Shown: positions 50,330-64,000 of the stretch, piece after piece | Position numbering within the stretch: position 1 is the stretch's first letter | How the letters are laid out: every line of letters begins with the position of its first letter | DNA from: the human T2T-CHM13v2.0 reference genome, Homo sapiens | Strand: one strand, 5' to 3' | NCBI RefSeq assembly: GCF_009914755.1 | Contig: NC_060927.1 | Length of the DNA stretch: 64,000 nucleotides | Made by a program: the position numbers and the translations under genes | The notes under the pieces: generated by a model | Seen by the model: only the letters and a program-made list of their open reading frames with translations | Database searches by the model: none | What the model was told of the DNA's origin: nothing

Positions 50330-51367
50330 AGGATTTTCCTTCTTCTCTGGCAACTTGTATATATATATATTTCTCCTTCATCTAATCTTTAAACAACTGA
50401 GTTTCTCTAGACTTACTTGTGAGTTCTCTTAATCTCTTATTCTATATTTTCTCCCTAGACAATCACATGAACATCACAGCTTCAAGTGCCTTCCCTAAAC
50501 AGATAACTCTCAAATGTATAACTCTGTCCTGGACCTAATTTCTGAGCTTCAGATCAGGATACCCAACTACCTACTTGGAAACATTTCCTCTTGGCTCACT
50601 CATGGTCTTTCTATCTGACTCTTCAGTCAGAGACTGTCTCAGTAAATACATCCACCATCCATGAAACTTCTAAACCCAGTAATTCTTGTGTCAGTTTTGT
50701 CCCTTCCCTTTCCCTTATCCCCTGGATCAAATCACCCAGTCTAGTATGTATTTTCCTCTAAATATAATTGGGAATCCATCTACTTCTTTTTATTCATACT
50801 GCCATCACTCTCGTCAAAGCAGCCGCATTTCTCCCTCGGAGTAGGAAACAGCTTGTTAGCTAGTGCACCTAAAGCTACTCTTCGCACCAATCATGTTGCT
50901 CTTCTATTTGAAACTTTTCCCTGACCTCCTTTTACTTTTTGGAAAAAGTCCAATAGCATTAATGCTACCTACAAGACCCTGCATTATCTCTTCACAGCTC
51001 TCTTCTTGGCCTTTTTCTACTTCCTCCTGTGTGTTCTCCTTCTTGCCTTTGAATACATTGCTTCCTTATCCTTAGCCTAGATAACCCCTGAATATCTTTC
51101 TCAGCAGAACTTACCTCATATCCTTAATATGATTTTTTTAAGAATGATCAGACTAGGTGAGGACCCCCAAATTTCCCATTTGCAACTGTATTCACAACTG
51201 TAATTAAGTAAACAAGTATGTAATTGTGTAAAATGTGTCAGCCTCACCAGAATGGAATCTCTAGAAAGACAAGAGCTGTATAGTTCTGTTTAGGACTGTG
51301 TTTCCATCTCCTAACACAACTTTATCATTACTGAAAGAATTAATGTGCCGACTGAATGAATGAATGA
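50330..51367 (+). mobile_element. L2 3' portion
   Basis: ataactctcaaatgtata...tctgagcttcagat, cctacaagaccctgca, terminal (TGAA)n. Confidence 0.78.
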
Positions 51368-52803
51368 GCTCATTTAACACTTGCATACTTGTTAGATATT
51401 TATTGTTGTCACCATTTATGAGAACTAGGTAGAACTAAGTTTCCAATCTAGGCTATCAGACCCTCAGACCATGTACTGCGATACACTGCAAAGAAGGTTT
51501 AGTGCTTATTTGCTCTCCTGGTTCCCCATTACCATGCATAATGAAAAGTTGATGAGGTCCAGCTACTGGATCCTAGGTAAGGAAGAGCAAATCAATATGT
51601 AACAGTGTTTTTGGTGTTAAGGGTCAAATTGAATAAATTGTGTACCATATTACCCTTACATTTAGAAAATGGCTTCACTGGATACCCTTTTATTTTAAGA
51701 TCACTTACTGTATTTTTATTTTAATGCACTCGCATATAAAATGAAGAAACAGCCAGATAATGAGTACTTGATCCCCAAATCATGAAATCAATTTTAATAT
51801 GCTTAGAAGATTTAATATTTTCTTAGGGCAATGAGATTGATGAAGTCCTGTTAATGAATATATTGATGTAATTGAAGGAAAATGGGCTCAACAGTCTTTT
51901 GCCATCAGTGAGATGAACCCTATCACACAAACTAAGAAGTAGGTAAAAAAGAAGGCATTAAAGACATTGCATAAGCATAAAAGTTCATTCTAAACATTTT
52001 TTATTAATAAAATAAATTTGTTGATATAGATAACATAAGGCTAATTTTCTCTTGAAATTTACATAACACTAATATAATTATTTTAAGTATCTTATACTGA
52101 CTCCATGAATCTGTTTATTTTCTTTCCATATCAGAGATTGTAGACGAAAAAAGAAAAAACACCTCCTTTTTGCAGTACATTGATGGAAAGTATTTTATTT
52201 CATATCATATTTTATTAAGAAACTGATCTATTATGAAAAACACTTTTTAAGCCAAATAAGTACTAAGAAATGTGAAAAGTAGCATTGTTTTAAAAAATTT
52301 AAATTTCTTTTAAAAACATTCATTTTCTGGAAGAAGTTTTGAATACAGGTTTAACAATTTCAAATTTTTTTTCCATCTAAATTCTACCTTTCAAACTGTA
52401 TTCCCATGTTAACTAGCCTGAAGACAGATACTAATTGTACCCCAATTTGTAATGCATCAGTTTAGCACTATTGATCCGCTAAAAAATGAAAGCAAACTAA
52501 GCAAGAGCCAGTCTCAATACCAAAGGAATGATATATTGATTCCATCTGACAATGCTTTGTCTACAGATCAATGTGTATGTGCAGCATAGACCAGTTAAAA
52601 ATGAAACAGGGTGGACAAAGGTCGTGAAAGAAACAGGGTATCCAAGATTATTGGAGATCATGAAATGAACATATCTTAAAGTATATCTGATAGTTGTTCA
52701 CTTATAAAGGAATTCTGTAGGTTTACTGTGCAAAAAAATCATAATGTAAATGTTTTATGATGACAATGCCATATCTTGGTCCTGGGAGTCTCTGAAGAAA
52801 TTG

Positions 52804-52879
52804 AGACTCACTTCTTAATCAAGAATGACTTTGTCTTGATTAAGAATGACTTTGTCATTCTTGATTAAGAAGTGAGTCT
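52804..52879. repeat. Perfect 26-bp inverted repeat, 24-bp self-derived spacer
   Basis: agactcacttcttaatcaagaatgac (52804-52829) / gtcattcttgattaagaagtgagtct (52854-52879). Confidence 0.97.
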
Positions 52880-55022
52880 TAGAGAAAAAAAAAGACATGA
52901 TATGGACTCAGTCCTGCTATGCTTGGTCATAAAGAGATGACTGTGTATGATATATAATACATCTGATTCTTAGGTTCTCTAATGCATGTTTTATATTCCT
53001 GCAGTTATTTTTTACATTTCAGATTTTGAAAATCAGATATATTGGGCTGATGAGAGATTGAGAGATGGAAGAAATGTTTTCTGGCATAATCACAAAGTAG
53101 TAATTAATCAGACTGTGAGATTTCCTCCCTGTCGAATAAAATTTAATATACTGTAGTGAAATATATGCATATACAATACATTATCTGTTTGTTCTCTTCA
53201 CCACTGTATTAAAGAATCACAAATATGTTCTAGAACCAGAGGTGGGTAATGTTGATAGTATAGCTATGGAAAAACAGCCTACCACAAATTTCTTTTTTTC
53301 TTTTTTATTCCTCTACACATTTTATTTTCTTGGGCTTGTTACATTTTAAGAGCAAAAGTAGGTGTCAGCCTGTATCAACATTGCTACTTTAAGAATAAAA
53401 ATACTCTGTTTTATGAATTGTTCAAGTTAGCATGTCTGTGGGGATTTTTGAAGATTCGAATATGGTCAGATGTGACCTTCTGAGTTGATGTAAAAAGAAC
53501 ATAGAAACTAATTTATGTGTAGAGATACTGGATTTCAGAATAATAATAATAATATTTGGAAATCACATATTAGAAAGTCAGAACTAGTTCCAAAAATGTA
53601 TATTTGGGATTTCCTTATCTAGATGCTATTTATGTTTTTAAAACCAATTTGAAGTCTATTCAAATAGGAATAAGGAAAGAAACTATTATAGCCTGTATGC
53701 AGAGGAAATATCTGTCAACCCAAAAGTTTAGCAGCTATGCAATAAACCATAATGTGTATTCAGGCTTTGCTTATGCAACTTATTTTATTATTAAGAAGTG
53801 TGAATATTCTGTAATAGCAATCTTTGGACAATTGTATATACATGATTTTCTACTTTTGCATTTCTTCTGATTCAATTCTGCATTAAAATATGACAAATGG
53901 AATTCATGCAAGAAAATGTGTTTCTGAATACCTTGCATAGTCCACATCTTCTGTTATTCATAATCCCTGACAAAGGATGACAGATTTTTGCTTTTAACCA
54001 CTAAAGTGGAACCACCCTGTGGCAATAGCATAAAGCCAGTTCACCATTCACTTGGCCTGCCAGCATGAAAATTCTCTGAATATTTGAGAAATTTTTAATT
54101 TTCAAATTTGTGATTTCTAAAAGTTTGTTTATGATATGAGGATATAGTTCTTACACTATTTTAAATAAGCTCAAAATGTTACTGTATTATATTGTCTTTC
54201 ATCTTATAAACCTTGTGCTCAAGTACTGAAATTTAATGTGTCTAGGGTTACCTATTTAGGATTTTAAATTATGTTCTAAGATTTAAACTGTGGATTTAAA
54301 TAGAAATAGTGATTATTATTACATTATAGATAATACATAGTATTAATTAACAATTTATTTTTATGATAGCAAACTTTACTGCCTATTAAAGCATCTAATT
54401 TTAGTTTATTTTTCTTATAGTTATATTAAAAAACATTTGCATAGAACTGTAACATGTTTAACCTTTCTAAGTAAAATGGGACTAGAAAAGCTCCTTTATT
54501 ACATTATTCATCGTAAGCTTACAGATAAGTGAGAGAATTTGACATTGTTTTCACAATCTAGCCTATAAAATGGCTTAGGTTTTTGAATTGATGATTACCT
54601 ACTTACTCAAAACTCCTTTTTTAAAATCAAAAGAAGCCTTCCATCAAAAATGTCCCCAATAAAATATGACAGCCTTCTGTGAATACACCCTGTCCTCTGA
54701 CCAGTCAATTCCTTAATATCCAGATGCAAGAACTTATATCAGTCGGTATGCCACACACTACAGTGTGCAAAGCTAGGATAATAAATAAAGTGTAGCAGTA
54801 TGTTTATTAAAAATCTATGCCTTAAAGCAATTTAAAACATTTTTAATAACGATAATAACTATAATACCATATACATGATTAATAGGAGGTTTTTACTGTC
54901 TTATAATAATACTTTCCCCTTCTCTTTGGCATATGCTTAGTTTCAGATACAAACTTTTCAACCTACACAGCCTTGATTGGATTGGAAAATGTGCTTGCAC
55001 GCTCTCTCTCTGTCTCGGCCTC

Positions 55023-55102
55023 TAGATAGATAGATAGGTAGATAGATGATAGATAGATACATAGATAGATAGATTGATTGATAGATTGATAGATAGATAG
55101 AT
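55023..55102. repeat. (GATA)n compound tetranucleotide STR
   Basis: Interrupted TAGA/GATT run. Confidence 0.95.
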
Positions 55103-55519
55103 GACAGAGTTTACCTCTGAGAGGGATGAGCAAATGGCAACAGCAACAAGACATCCAAAGAGGACTAGCAATTGTCCAAATGACTACCCACTTAGACTGA
55201 TTTCTGAGCATTTCAAGCCTGAAACTGAGTTTTACCAGGAAATAAATCTGTATATATTTTATATATATATGGAAAGAGAGTGAGCATACCCAACCTACGA
55301 GAGAGAGCAGGTTTGCCAGAACACTTCAGACTGTTTAGGGTGAAAAGTGAGTATCTGAAAAAGAGTGTGTATTGAAGAGAAGGGGATACACACACACACA
55401 CACGCATATATGTGTATATATATTGTGTATATTACATATTAGATTATATTAATATCAATAGTTATGTTTATTACATGTAAATCAAGCATATTATATATGT
55501 GCTTACTAGTCATTTAAAT

Positions 55520-55620
55520 TGTAACCATTTAAAAATGTAAATAGCATTCTTGGCTCACCAGCTCTACAAAAACAGGCAACAGGCAGATTTGACCCACAGG
55601 GTGTTGCTTCCAGATCCCTG
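55520..55620. mobile_element. MER58B-like end
   Basis: accatttaaaaatgtaaa...tacaaaaacaggcaacaggcagatttgacc. Confidence 0.7.
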
Positions 55621-55891
55621 TGCTAAACTGTACTTTTAAAGTATATGCAGAAGAAGAAAGCTTTCTTTTGTGGATGATGTGTTACTAAATAACTATCATA
55701 TAATACTAAATAACTCATATTGGCTTTGTAAGAAAAAGTGAAGTAGTTTTTTTGAGTTAGTTTTACATACAGAGCTATTAAATCTGTAGTGTTCTATGTG
55801 GTCAAAGTCATTTAAACTAAAAGAAATCTCACTAGTTCAAGGGAAAGTCAAAATAATAACCATGATGGGGGAGAACAAAAATTGCAAAATA

Positions 55892-55919
55892 CAAAAGGAC
55901 AATATATATTGTCCTTTTG
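55892..55919. repeat. Perfect 28-bp palindrome
   Basis: caaaaggacaatatatattgtccttttg equals its own reverse complement. Confidence 0.97.
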
Positions 55920-58866
55920 CATTCAAACCATTTTTAAATTCTTACAATTATCATCAGCTTTAGCAGCTAATTTTCTAAATGTTAATTAAATAGACTAGAA
56001 CATTCTATTTACTATTATCCATTGTCCCTTAAATTAATAGCAAAAAGTGAGTAATATCTTGTAAGTTATTAAGAAGCAATTAGTATCTTAATACAGAACC
56101 TGGACTAATCACTTCATTGAAACAGTCATCTGCTTTATCAACTTTGCTCAGGATTTGAACATGATGATCAAGGAAATATATTTAAAAAGGAGGACTATGT
56201 CATTTCTAAAATGAAGATATCTGATGATTTTTCCATTGCAGTGTATCTGTATTTTATGAAGCTACATGGCTTTGTGGCCTCTTATGATATGAATTAGAAA
56301 TTATGATATACAAATTAGTTCTGAAAAAGATGGACTGCATTTTTCTCTTCTCTTATTCTCTGGCATTTGCTGAAATAAATACTTACGTTGTTCAGGGCAG
56401 AACAGACCAAGATCCACCAAAAGAATACCTTATTAAGTATGAAGGGTTCCTTGTATTAATGCATTTCAAGAGAAGACGCATGCTAACCATTAGTATTAAG
56501 GAGTACAAGGCAACCTACTAAGGCAAGAATGTCAATCAACTTTGACAGTCCCATGTCCTTCAACATTTCCTGTTTTTTCCTACCCTCCCCAATTTTCCTC
56601 TCATTTTCCTTGCTTCCTTTCTCCTGTGTTCTTCTTTTCTAGATAAACATTTTATCTGAACATTTTACATTCTAACGTGTTTTAGCTCTCTTCCAGACAC
56701 CTCATACATATCATACCTCATCTCTTAAGTGGTTTTTAATTAAGTTAAACACATTTTGGCCTGTTACTTGTCCAGGAGGCAGTCCAAAAATATTTATTGA
56801 ATGAATGATGTAGCAACATAATATGCAAACAAAAAATAGTTTTTACGTAATATGTAGTTTTAAATACAGAAGATAGTTATTATATATATGCTCAGTGTGA
56901 GAAACAGGATATAAATGTAGCTAAAACACAGAAGTTGTTTTCATTTATGTCAGTCTACCATGTGCTTAGAGTAACAATAAAAGATGGTTTAGTAAGATGA
57001 CCATTACTATTCCCATTTTTACTTTGTCTTTACATATGACACATTTTTACACTGTTTTGGTCAATAAAAAGCCTAGCTTTCCATATTGATTGCTATCACG
57101 TACTTATTGAATCCAGGCTTTGTCCCTCTAATTACTTTCTTATGCTATTTTACATCCTTGTTTTTAGTATTGAGTGGCAAAACTCATTATTAACTTGAGG
57201 GTCTTTTGATCTAAATAAAAGTTAAATCACCAGTATCACATACCGGCTTTTTTCCAAATAAATGTAAAGATTTTGCATTTATGGTAGTTAAAAAGTTAAA
57301 ATGTACTTTTATAATGAGCTGTGCATATGGCTTTAGTAGTTAAAATATGCACTGAGTAAATATCTTAGCCCATATATATGGGTCATGACATGATAGATGG
57401 AATTATTCTATTAGAAATAATATGAAGAATAAAAATGTAAGTTCACTGTGTTTATAGTAAACATTTGATAGGTTTTCATGTTCTTTTTGAACAAAATGTT
57501 TTGAAATTATTCTCAATTGCAAGACCTATGTGAAAGCTCAATTTTATTCCTCTTTATTCATTCTTACTGGGAAAGAAGGAAAGTCTCAGCCAAGTGTAAA
57601 ATCTTTGAAATTGTTCAATTTTTGCTACATTCTTTTTCCATTTACACCATTGAGAATTGACCTGGTTGTGGAAGCTCAGTCTCCAGGAATATTTGAGGGT
57701 TGCGGGTGGTGAGGACGGGAGGAGAGGATATGTCACTATGCACCCAGATTTAGAAAACTCCCCATTCTCTGCGTTCTTTTCTCCCATGCCTCCCCATTTT
57801 CTCTTTTCTTACCCTAATTCTGTTTACAATTCCCATATTCTATTCTTTCTGTCGAAGATTTCCTGCTGATTGTGGAAAGACAATGTCCAAGGGAAGACTG
57901 ACATACAAATGAGTAGAGTGTAGTTCTACACGTCATTTTCTCCCTCTGGACCTTTCCTCTTTCACTGGGGCTTGTCCCCTTGTGCCATTCGTTGCCCAAC
58001 TGGCTTTACAACAGGGCAGCCCCTTTTCATTTTTGCTTAGTTTTATCATGGTGTGCCTTAATTTAATCCAAGAAACATGTTTGAAGATTGCTGTGTAAAG
58101 CATTGGATGTTTCCAAAACAGAGACGGGAATGTATATGTGCTGATACTAGATCAGGGTGGGTTGAAATATTATTGTTTCATTTAAAATGTAAGTGTGCAA
58201 CTGTATATATGTATATCTATACACACACATATACCTATGCTGTATATTAAAATATTCATAAAATAATACACAAGAAAAATGATAACAGTGTCATGTAAAA
58301 AAACCCAACGCTTTAACTTTGTTATAAAACGTTACTTAAAAATCCTTTTGCAAGGATTGAAAATACGAGATATGAAGGACATATGTCTTCATGTCTAAAT
58401 TTAAACATACAAAATTATAAAATGAGCTGTACTGCATAAGAAATCAGTGTTCTGAAGGACAGCTGGGACAGAGGCCTTTGGGATCAGACTGAAGAAAAAT
58501 GATCACACAGAGTAACAGTTAGAAGATAAATGTCTTTAGTCAAGGTTTTCAAAGTGACATTTTACCTCTCCTAGAAAAAAACCTGCTAGTTTCTAAACTT
58601 TAAAATTCCATTTTGGTGAATTAGCTTAAAATATTAGAAGAATGTGACTGTCAGCGATTCTCTTCAGAAAATCAAAGAAAACACAAATTTACAATGGTCA
58701 TTTTTTGCTGATGCTTATCAACGTTTTGATTATGGAGGAATGAAAGTTTTAAAACATTTTACATTTAAGATAATTTTTTATCTTAAATGTGTTAGGTTTA
58801 CCCACAACACATTTTAGACTTGCTTCCTAAGTATTAGTTAAAATGGAACAATAATATCAGATTTAC

Positions 58867-59180
<314 letters not shown>

Positions 59181-60019
59181 TCATGTGTTTGTTGCATGAT
59201 GCTATTTTCATTCAAAGAGAGAGTATGGTCATTCTGTGAAACTATCCTGTTGTGTAGGAAATAGGACTGTAATTTTCAAACTTTTTTCACCCAATGAAAA
59301 CCTTTTCTTCATGGCAGAGCTGTATCATATAAAACATAATTAAATAGTATTTAAAGAGATACTATGAATGTAAATGTCTAAGGATAAGCATTTAAAACTT
59401 ATACATATCAAAACAGTCTCCAATACATGGCACAATATCATGGTGCTGTGACGTGTTGTATCAGTTAGTAGCAGTGAAATGACTATAGCGTGATGATGTG
59501 CACTTACCCCACATATGACCCTAAGTATTGAGTACCAGGGTTCACATGTGTAGCATTCTCATTTGTACCATGTTCCAAATGAGCCGGGGCAAATTTGAAA
59601 CGCTAAATCAGAATCTTCTCTTCCAAGATCTATTGTGATGTAGTGTGTGACTTTCCCATATAAAGTTTCTGAAATGGTTTTGCAAGCCTTACAGTGCTAT
59701 ACAGATATTAGTAATAATAAACACCTGAATTTTACATCAGTGCTCAGAAAGAGTGGACTCCAACCTCTGCATGAAGTCAGTTAGATTGCTTGCACATATG
59801 GTGGTTCTCATATGATGGGATTGGAATATAATGTGTCTGAGTGCATTGTTAGTTTTTGTTATAAAAATAGTTGAAAACCAAATTTAAATGAAATTCAAAT
59901 CAAATATTGTTGCCATTCTTAGAGACTTTAGCGAAATACTAGGATTTCATTGGATACAATGGAAAGAACAATGAATGTAAAATCAAAGTCTTATTATAAT
60001 TTTGCTTATAAATAATTGC

Positions 60020-60170
60020 TTTTAATAATACTTGTATAGCCCTGAACTGTTTATAGAACCATTTTACACATTATGCTCAATAATCTTCAAATAATTCTCA
60101 TACAATGAGGATAGGATGGTTATTATTATCTTTTTTTTTTCAGAAGAGGAAATAGACTGAGAAAAAAATA
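60020..60170 (-). mobile_element. MIR-like
   Basis: attttacacattat...aatcttcaaataa...tattattatc...cagaagaggaaatagac. Confidence 0.55.
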
Positions 60171-61719
60171 AATTCAGCTTAACATGGATTTTTTTCTCAC
60201 TTAAAATCTTAAATTTCCAGTGTGGCAACATCATTTACATATGGTGCTCAATAAAATAGTCTAAGTGCCACTCATTGCCCAATTTAAGTAGTGCAGTTCT
60301 AGTATATTTTATAACTACTCAGCTATTGTTAGTAGTACCATGAAACAGTATGTCAAAATAATATTGAAGAATAAATGTATGTGCTTTTGGAGTTCTTGTT
60401 TTAGAGGTAGACAATTCTACTAAAATTGCATTTTATAAAATAATAGAAGAAATTGAGAAAAATACTATAATTTTTTTTCCCTTTAACATTTTTACCTATA
60501 TATTAACATAAATAATTTCTAATTTAACATCTTAATCATTTCTCATATGAGTAAAAAGACATTAAATCCTCTAACTTCATTTGGAGAGTTCTTGTCTCTT
60601 CCCCATGCAAGTTGTAGCTATGTAGCCAGCAGGCAGACATAGCATTAAGACAGCCAACTTGGACGAAAGGAGACATAAAGGGAATGTCAGAGTTACCCAG
60701 CCCAGAGCCCCTCCCTCCTACCAAATCTGAACTTTTTTTCTTGATTCTCATGTCATTCTTTCCAACTTCTCAATCTTCTAAAACAATCTGCATAAAGCAT
60801 CTTAGGCTTCACACTTTACAAATTAAGCAGATAATGTCTCTAATTAGCCTTACTTCTTCTCTTCCTGATTACCTCCCCATTTGTTTCTTATTATCTTTGT
60901 CCATGCCTTCATTTTTGATCTTAGATCTTCTTTTCTATTTATTCAACATTTCCCTCTAAGATTCCATATGAAGTAAATTCAAGAATACTATGGAATAGCA
61001 TTTTAATATTAAGATTTTCTCTTACTAAACATGTATTTGCATAAATAAATGTAGGTTCACGTCTTTATGTATTTTATTAGAAAGAATAACCTCCTATTTA
61101 ATACAGAGGATGAAGCTTTAAGGGAATATAAACTTTTTATCGTGCCTGATATATTTGAGTATATAATTATATGCTTACTCTGATTAGGTAGATATGTGTG
61201 TATAAAACCTTCAAATTTTAATGGAAACATTAACTTTTGTATACATTAACTTGTGTCTCTGAATACATTAACTTATGTCTCCATGTAAACAGCCTCAATA
61301 ACTCTGTTCAATGACATACCAGTTTCTGTCTGTTGGTGTTTTTTAGTTTGCCCTTTGACAGATAATTTTTTCTAAGTTCAGTTAATTGAAACTAATATTT
61401 TGCCACCATGAAAAGTTTTAAAGAGGAAAAAGAGGTTAAAATACACATTGGAATTATTGATTTAGCAGCATTGACATCTCTACATAAAGCACATTGCTGC
61501 TTGATACTGAAGGCTCTCAGTGGATGACGTATAAAATCCTATGTGGGAAAAAAGGCAGAAAATACCGAAAAGAACACATCTGTTTATCCCAGGCTTTGGG
61601 AGTTTGGAAAGACCTTTATTTAAGCTATATAATGTATAGAAAAGGGCAGGGATTTCATATTTGAATAGTTAGTGTCTCCAGTTAGGAGTTGTCAGCAGAC
61701 ATGCAGAATTGTCACCTAT

Positions 61720-61930
61720 GTTTGGAATGTGCGGAGGCATCCTTACCAATTGCTATGACAAGGTCTGGATGGGATACGTGTCTACAATGCATTCCAGTTC
61801 CAGTACCCAAGCTGATTTGGTGTTCTCATTCTTGAAATGGCGTATGGCTCTTTTTCGGCAAATAAAATCAGCAAGTGATTGATGTGCCACATCCGTTTGG
61901 TGACGTCAACTGCCATGTTGCTGATACATT
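61720..61930. promoter_or_regulatory. Candidate enhancer (motif cluster)
   Basis: Full CRE TGACGTCA 61901-61908, PBX-HOX TGATTGAT 61876-61883, TEAD GGAATG/CATTCC at 61724 and 61790, six retained CpGs in unique sequence. Confidence 0.35.
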
Positions 61931-63085
61931 TTTTGTCTTCTGCAGATAGAGCCTTTTTAGGGACTTAGATAGTTCAGTGTCTTAAGAAGATGAAGACAGG
62001 AGAGCAGAAAGATGGGCACCTGGCCCACAGCATCATTAGCCACTCTACGCTACTAGTGGAAAGATACATTTAAAAATTAATGCTTTTTTAATTTAAGGAA
62101 AAATATGAAATTAAAATTAAGACTATCTCAGGACTTCTTAAAACCAGTCAAATGAGTGTAACATTCAATAATTGTCACTTACCTCAAAATCAATAGGATA
62201 TATATTAAACAGAAAGCTTATTTGGTGTAATATGGGTATGTCACTCCTCATAAAATACTTCCCTACTTCCCTCTCCCAGTGATTATATATACTTATTTAT
62301 ACTCTCATCCTTAAATATCCATACAAAAATAATTATATATCGCAACTAATAGTGACTTTCGACCAAACTTCTAATAGGAAAAATAAAAAAGTTGACTCTT
62401 GAAATTATAAATAATATTGTAAAACAAGGTTAGAGATTTCAAGGTTTTCCACAAAGTAAAGAAAATAAGTGAACAATTTAAATATAGATATAGCCTTAAC
62501 TTGATAACTATGGAAGCTAGAATTTTCATGATAGTTTCCTGATAAAAATATGCATGTATTTTTGTCTAATTAATTGTAGTAGCATATAAAGGTACCAGTT
62601 GCTTTTAAACAATTAAAAGGTTTTTTTTTGTTTTTTTTTTTTTTTGCTAATTTTAGTATAGCAAGGATAGCTTTCTGTAATATAAACCACAGGAATTCCA
62701 TTTTGAAACTGTGTCTAGTGTACTGTACAGGTGAAATAATTACTAGGATGACACGTAGTAATTGGGTCTGTAACTCCAATTACCCTGAGGCATTGACTCA
62801 TTTAGACTTATGCCTTTATTCTTCGGGTTTGTGAGATAAGCTTTTCTGTAGAAATAAATTCAGAGTATCTTTCCTAGAATTCCAGGAGTCTACAACTCTC
62901 CTCTCCAGAGGACCAGCAAGAAATCATTGAATTATTTGCTAATTGTGAGCAAAATTTGTATTGATTTTTCTCTGTCTCTCTAGTCGATGTTAATAGCATC
63001 ATACTTCAGGTTACTAAATACTTTTCAGCACCATCTAATTGTCAAAGATTCACTTACTAAGACAAAATTGTAGACATCAAAGCTA

Positions 63086-63109
63086 TACACACACACACAC
63101 ATAAACACA
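63086..63109. repeat. Short (CA)n
   Basis: (t)acacacacacacacataaacaca. Confidence 0.8.
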
Positions 63110-64000
63110 AAGAAAATGATGACACAGGCAGTTTATATGCTCTTTCTTACTTCTCTTTCTCATATGATAATGTTTTGCAATATGTATTTCATAATTTGAA
63201 ACCAATAACAATTTGAAAGGATATTAAGACTACTATACCACTCAGCTCCATGCTTGATTTAACTGCTGGGCAAGTATTAATTTCTCATTGCACCCAAGTG
63301 CAGCTAACAGAAAAAAAGTACATCAAAATAAGTATATATCCATATTGTTTTCATCATGTTGTCATATCCCTTAAGGACATAAGCAGCATATCTTTTGTTT
63401 TCCTATTAAAATCACTTTATATCTGTAAAAATAGACACTGTATTTTTCTTATAGTGCTTAAACACTATATATGGTTTCTACTACAATGAAACTATTCCCA
63501 CATATTATAATTTCTACAATATATTAGCAGAGTTTTTAAAATTAAATATGAATGTCCGTTCTCCACACCAATACACAAAACTATTGCTCAATAAATTTGA
63601 CTAAATTTAGTGAAATATAGTGGTGGAAAGAACAGAAAAAAAATCCTTTGGGTGCTCACAGTAGAATTTTACATGGGAAAAGCTATTTCTCTCATGGCCC
63701 CTAAATAGTTGTTAAAATCAATGTACCTCATCTTTGACATCTGTTTGAGCAGAATGAATCCATCTTAAATTCCCAAATCACTTTCACTGTGAAAGAATGC
63801 AGTAAATGAAGCAAAATAGTTTGGGGAAATGAGAAAATGTAAACAGGCCAATCAGATGCTGTTTAATTTCCTGGATAGCCAGAAGTTTTCTCAAGGAAAA
63901 ATGAGATCAGAGTTTGATAAAAGGAAAACCTACTTATAACCCATTGCTAGCTGAGGGAAGTTTTCTCAAGTATATTGAGATTTTAATTGATACTACACCT

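Noticed and set aside
61241-61281. 19-bp near-tandem duplication atacattaactt(g/a)tgtctc
   Set aside because: Ordinary slippage-scale duplication with no further structure.

Overview
AT-rich, CpG-depleted primate DNA, almost certainly human because it carries an AluYb8. It looks like deep intronic or intergenic sequence. I find no credible protein-coding gene, RNA gene, CpG island or CRISPR array; the ORFs I could assign are repeat-derived and the rest are of random length. The window is mostly interspersed repeats: about 15 Alu/FLAM/FRAM copies, ERV1 and MaLR solo LTRs, L1, L2, MIR, hAT DNA transposon fossils and microsatellites. Repeat subfamily names come from recalled consensus sequences and need RepeatMasker/Dfam confirmation. 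The most unusual signal is a set of template-switch or fold-back scars. These are an inverted copy of a THE1B LTR plus its unique flank inserted into a nearby AluJ with snap-back junctions (8270-8547), two perfect long inverted repeats with self-templated spacers (46596-46658, 52804-52879) and a perfect 28-bp palindrome (55892-55919). Also notable are a 435-bp almost pure pyrimidine tract, a twin-primed L1 inside a MER50 LTR, a (GGAA)12 tract and a few orphan splice-site and enhancer-like signals. I cannot name the host locus, and I do not see evidence for a new gene-encoded system.
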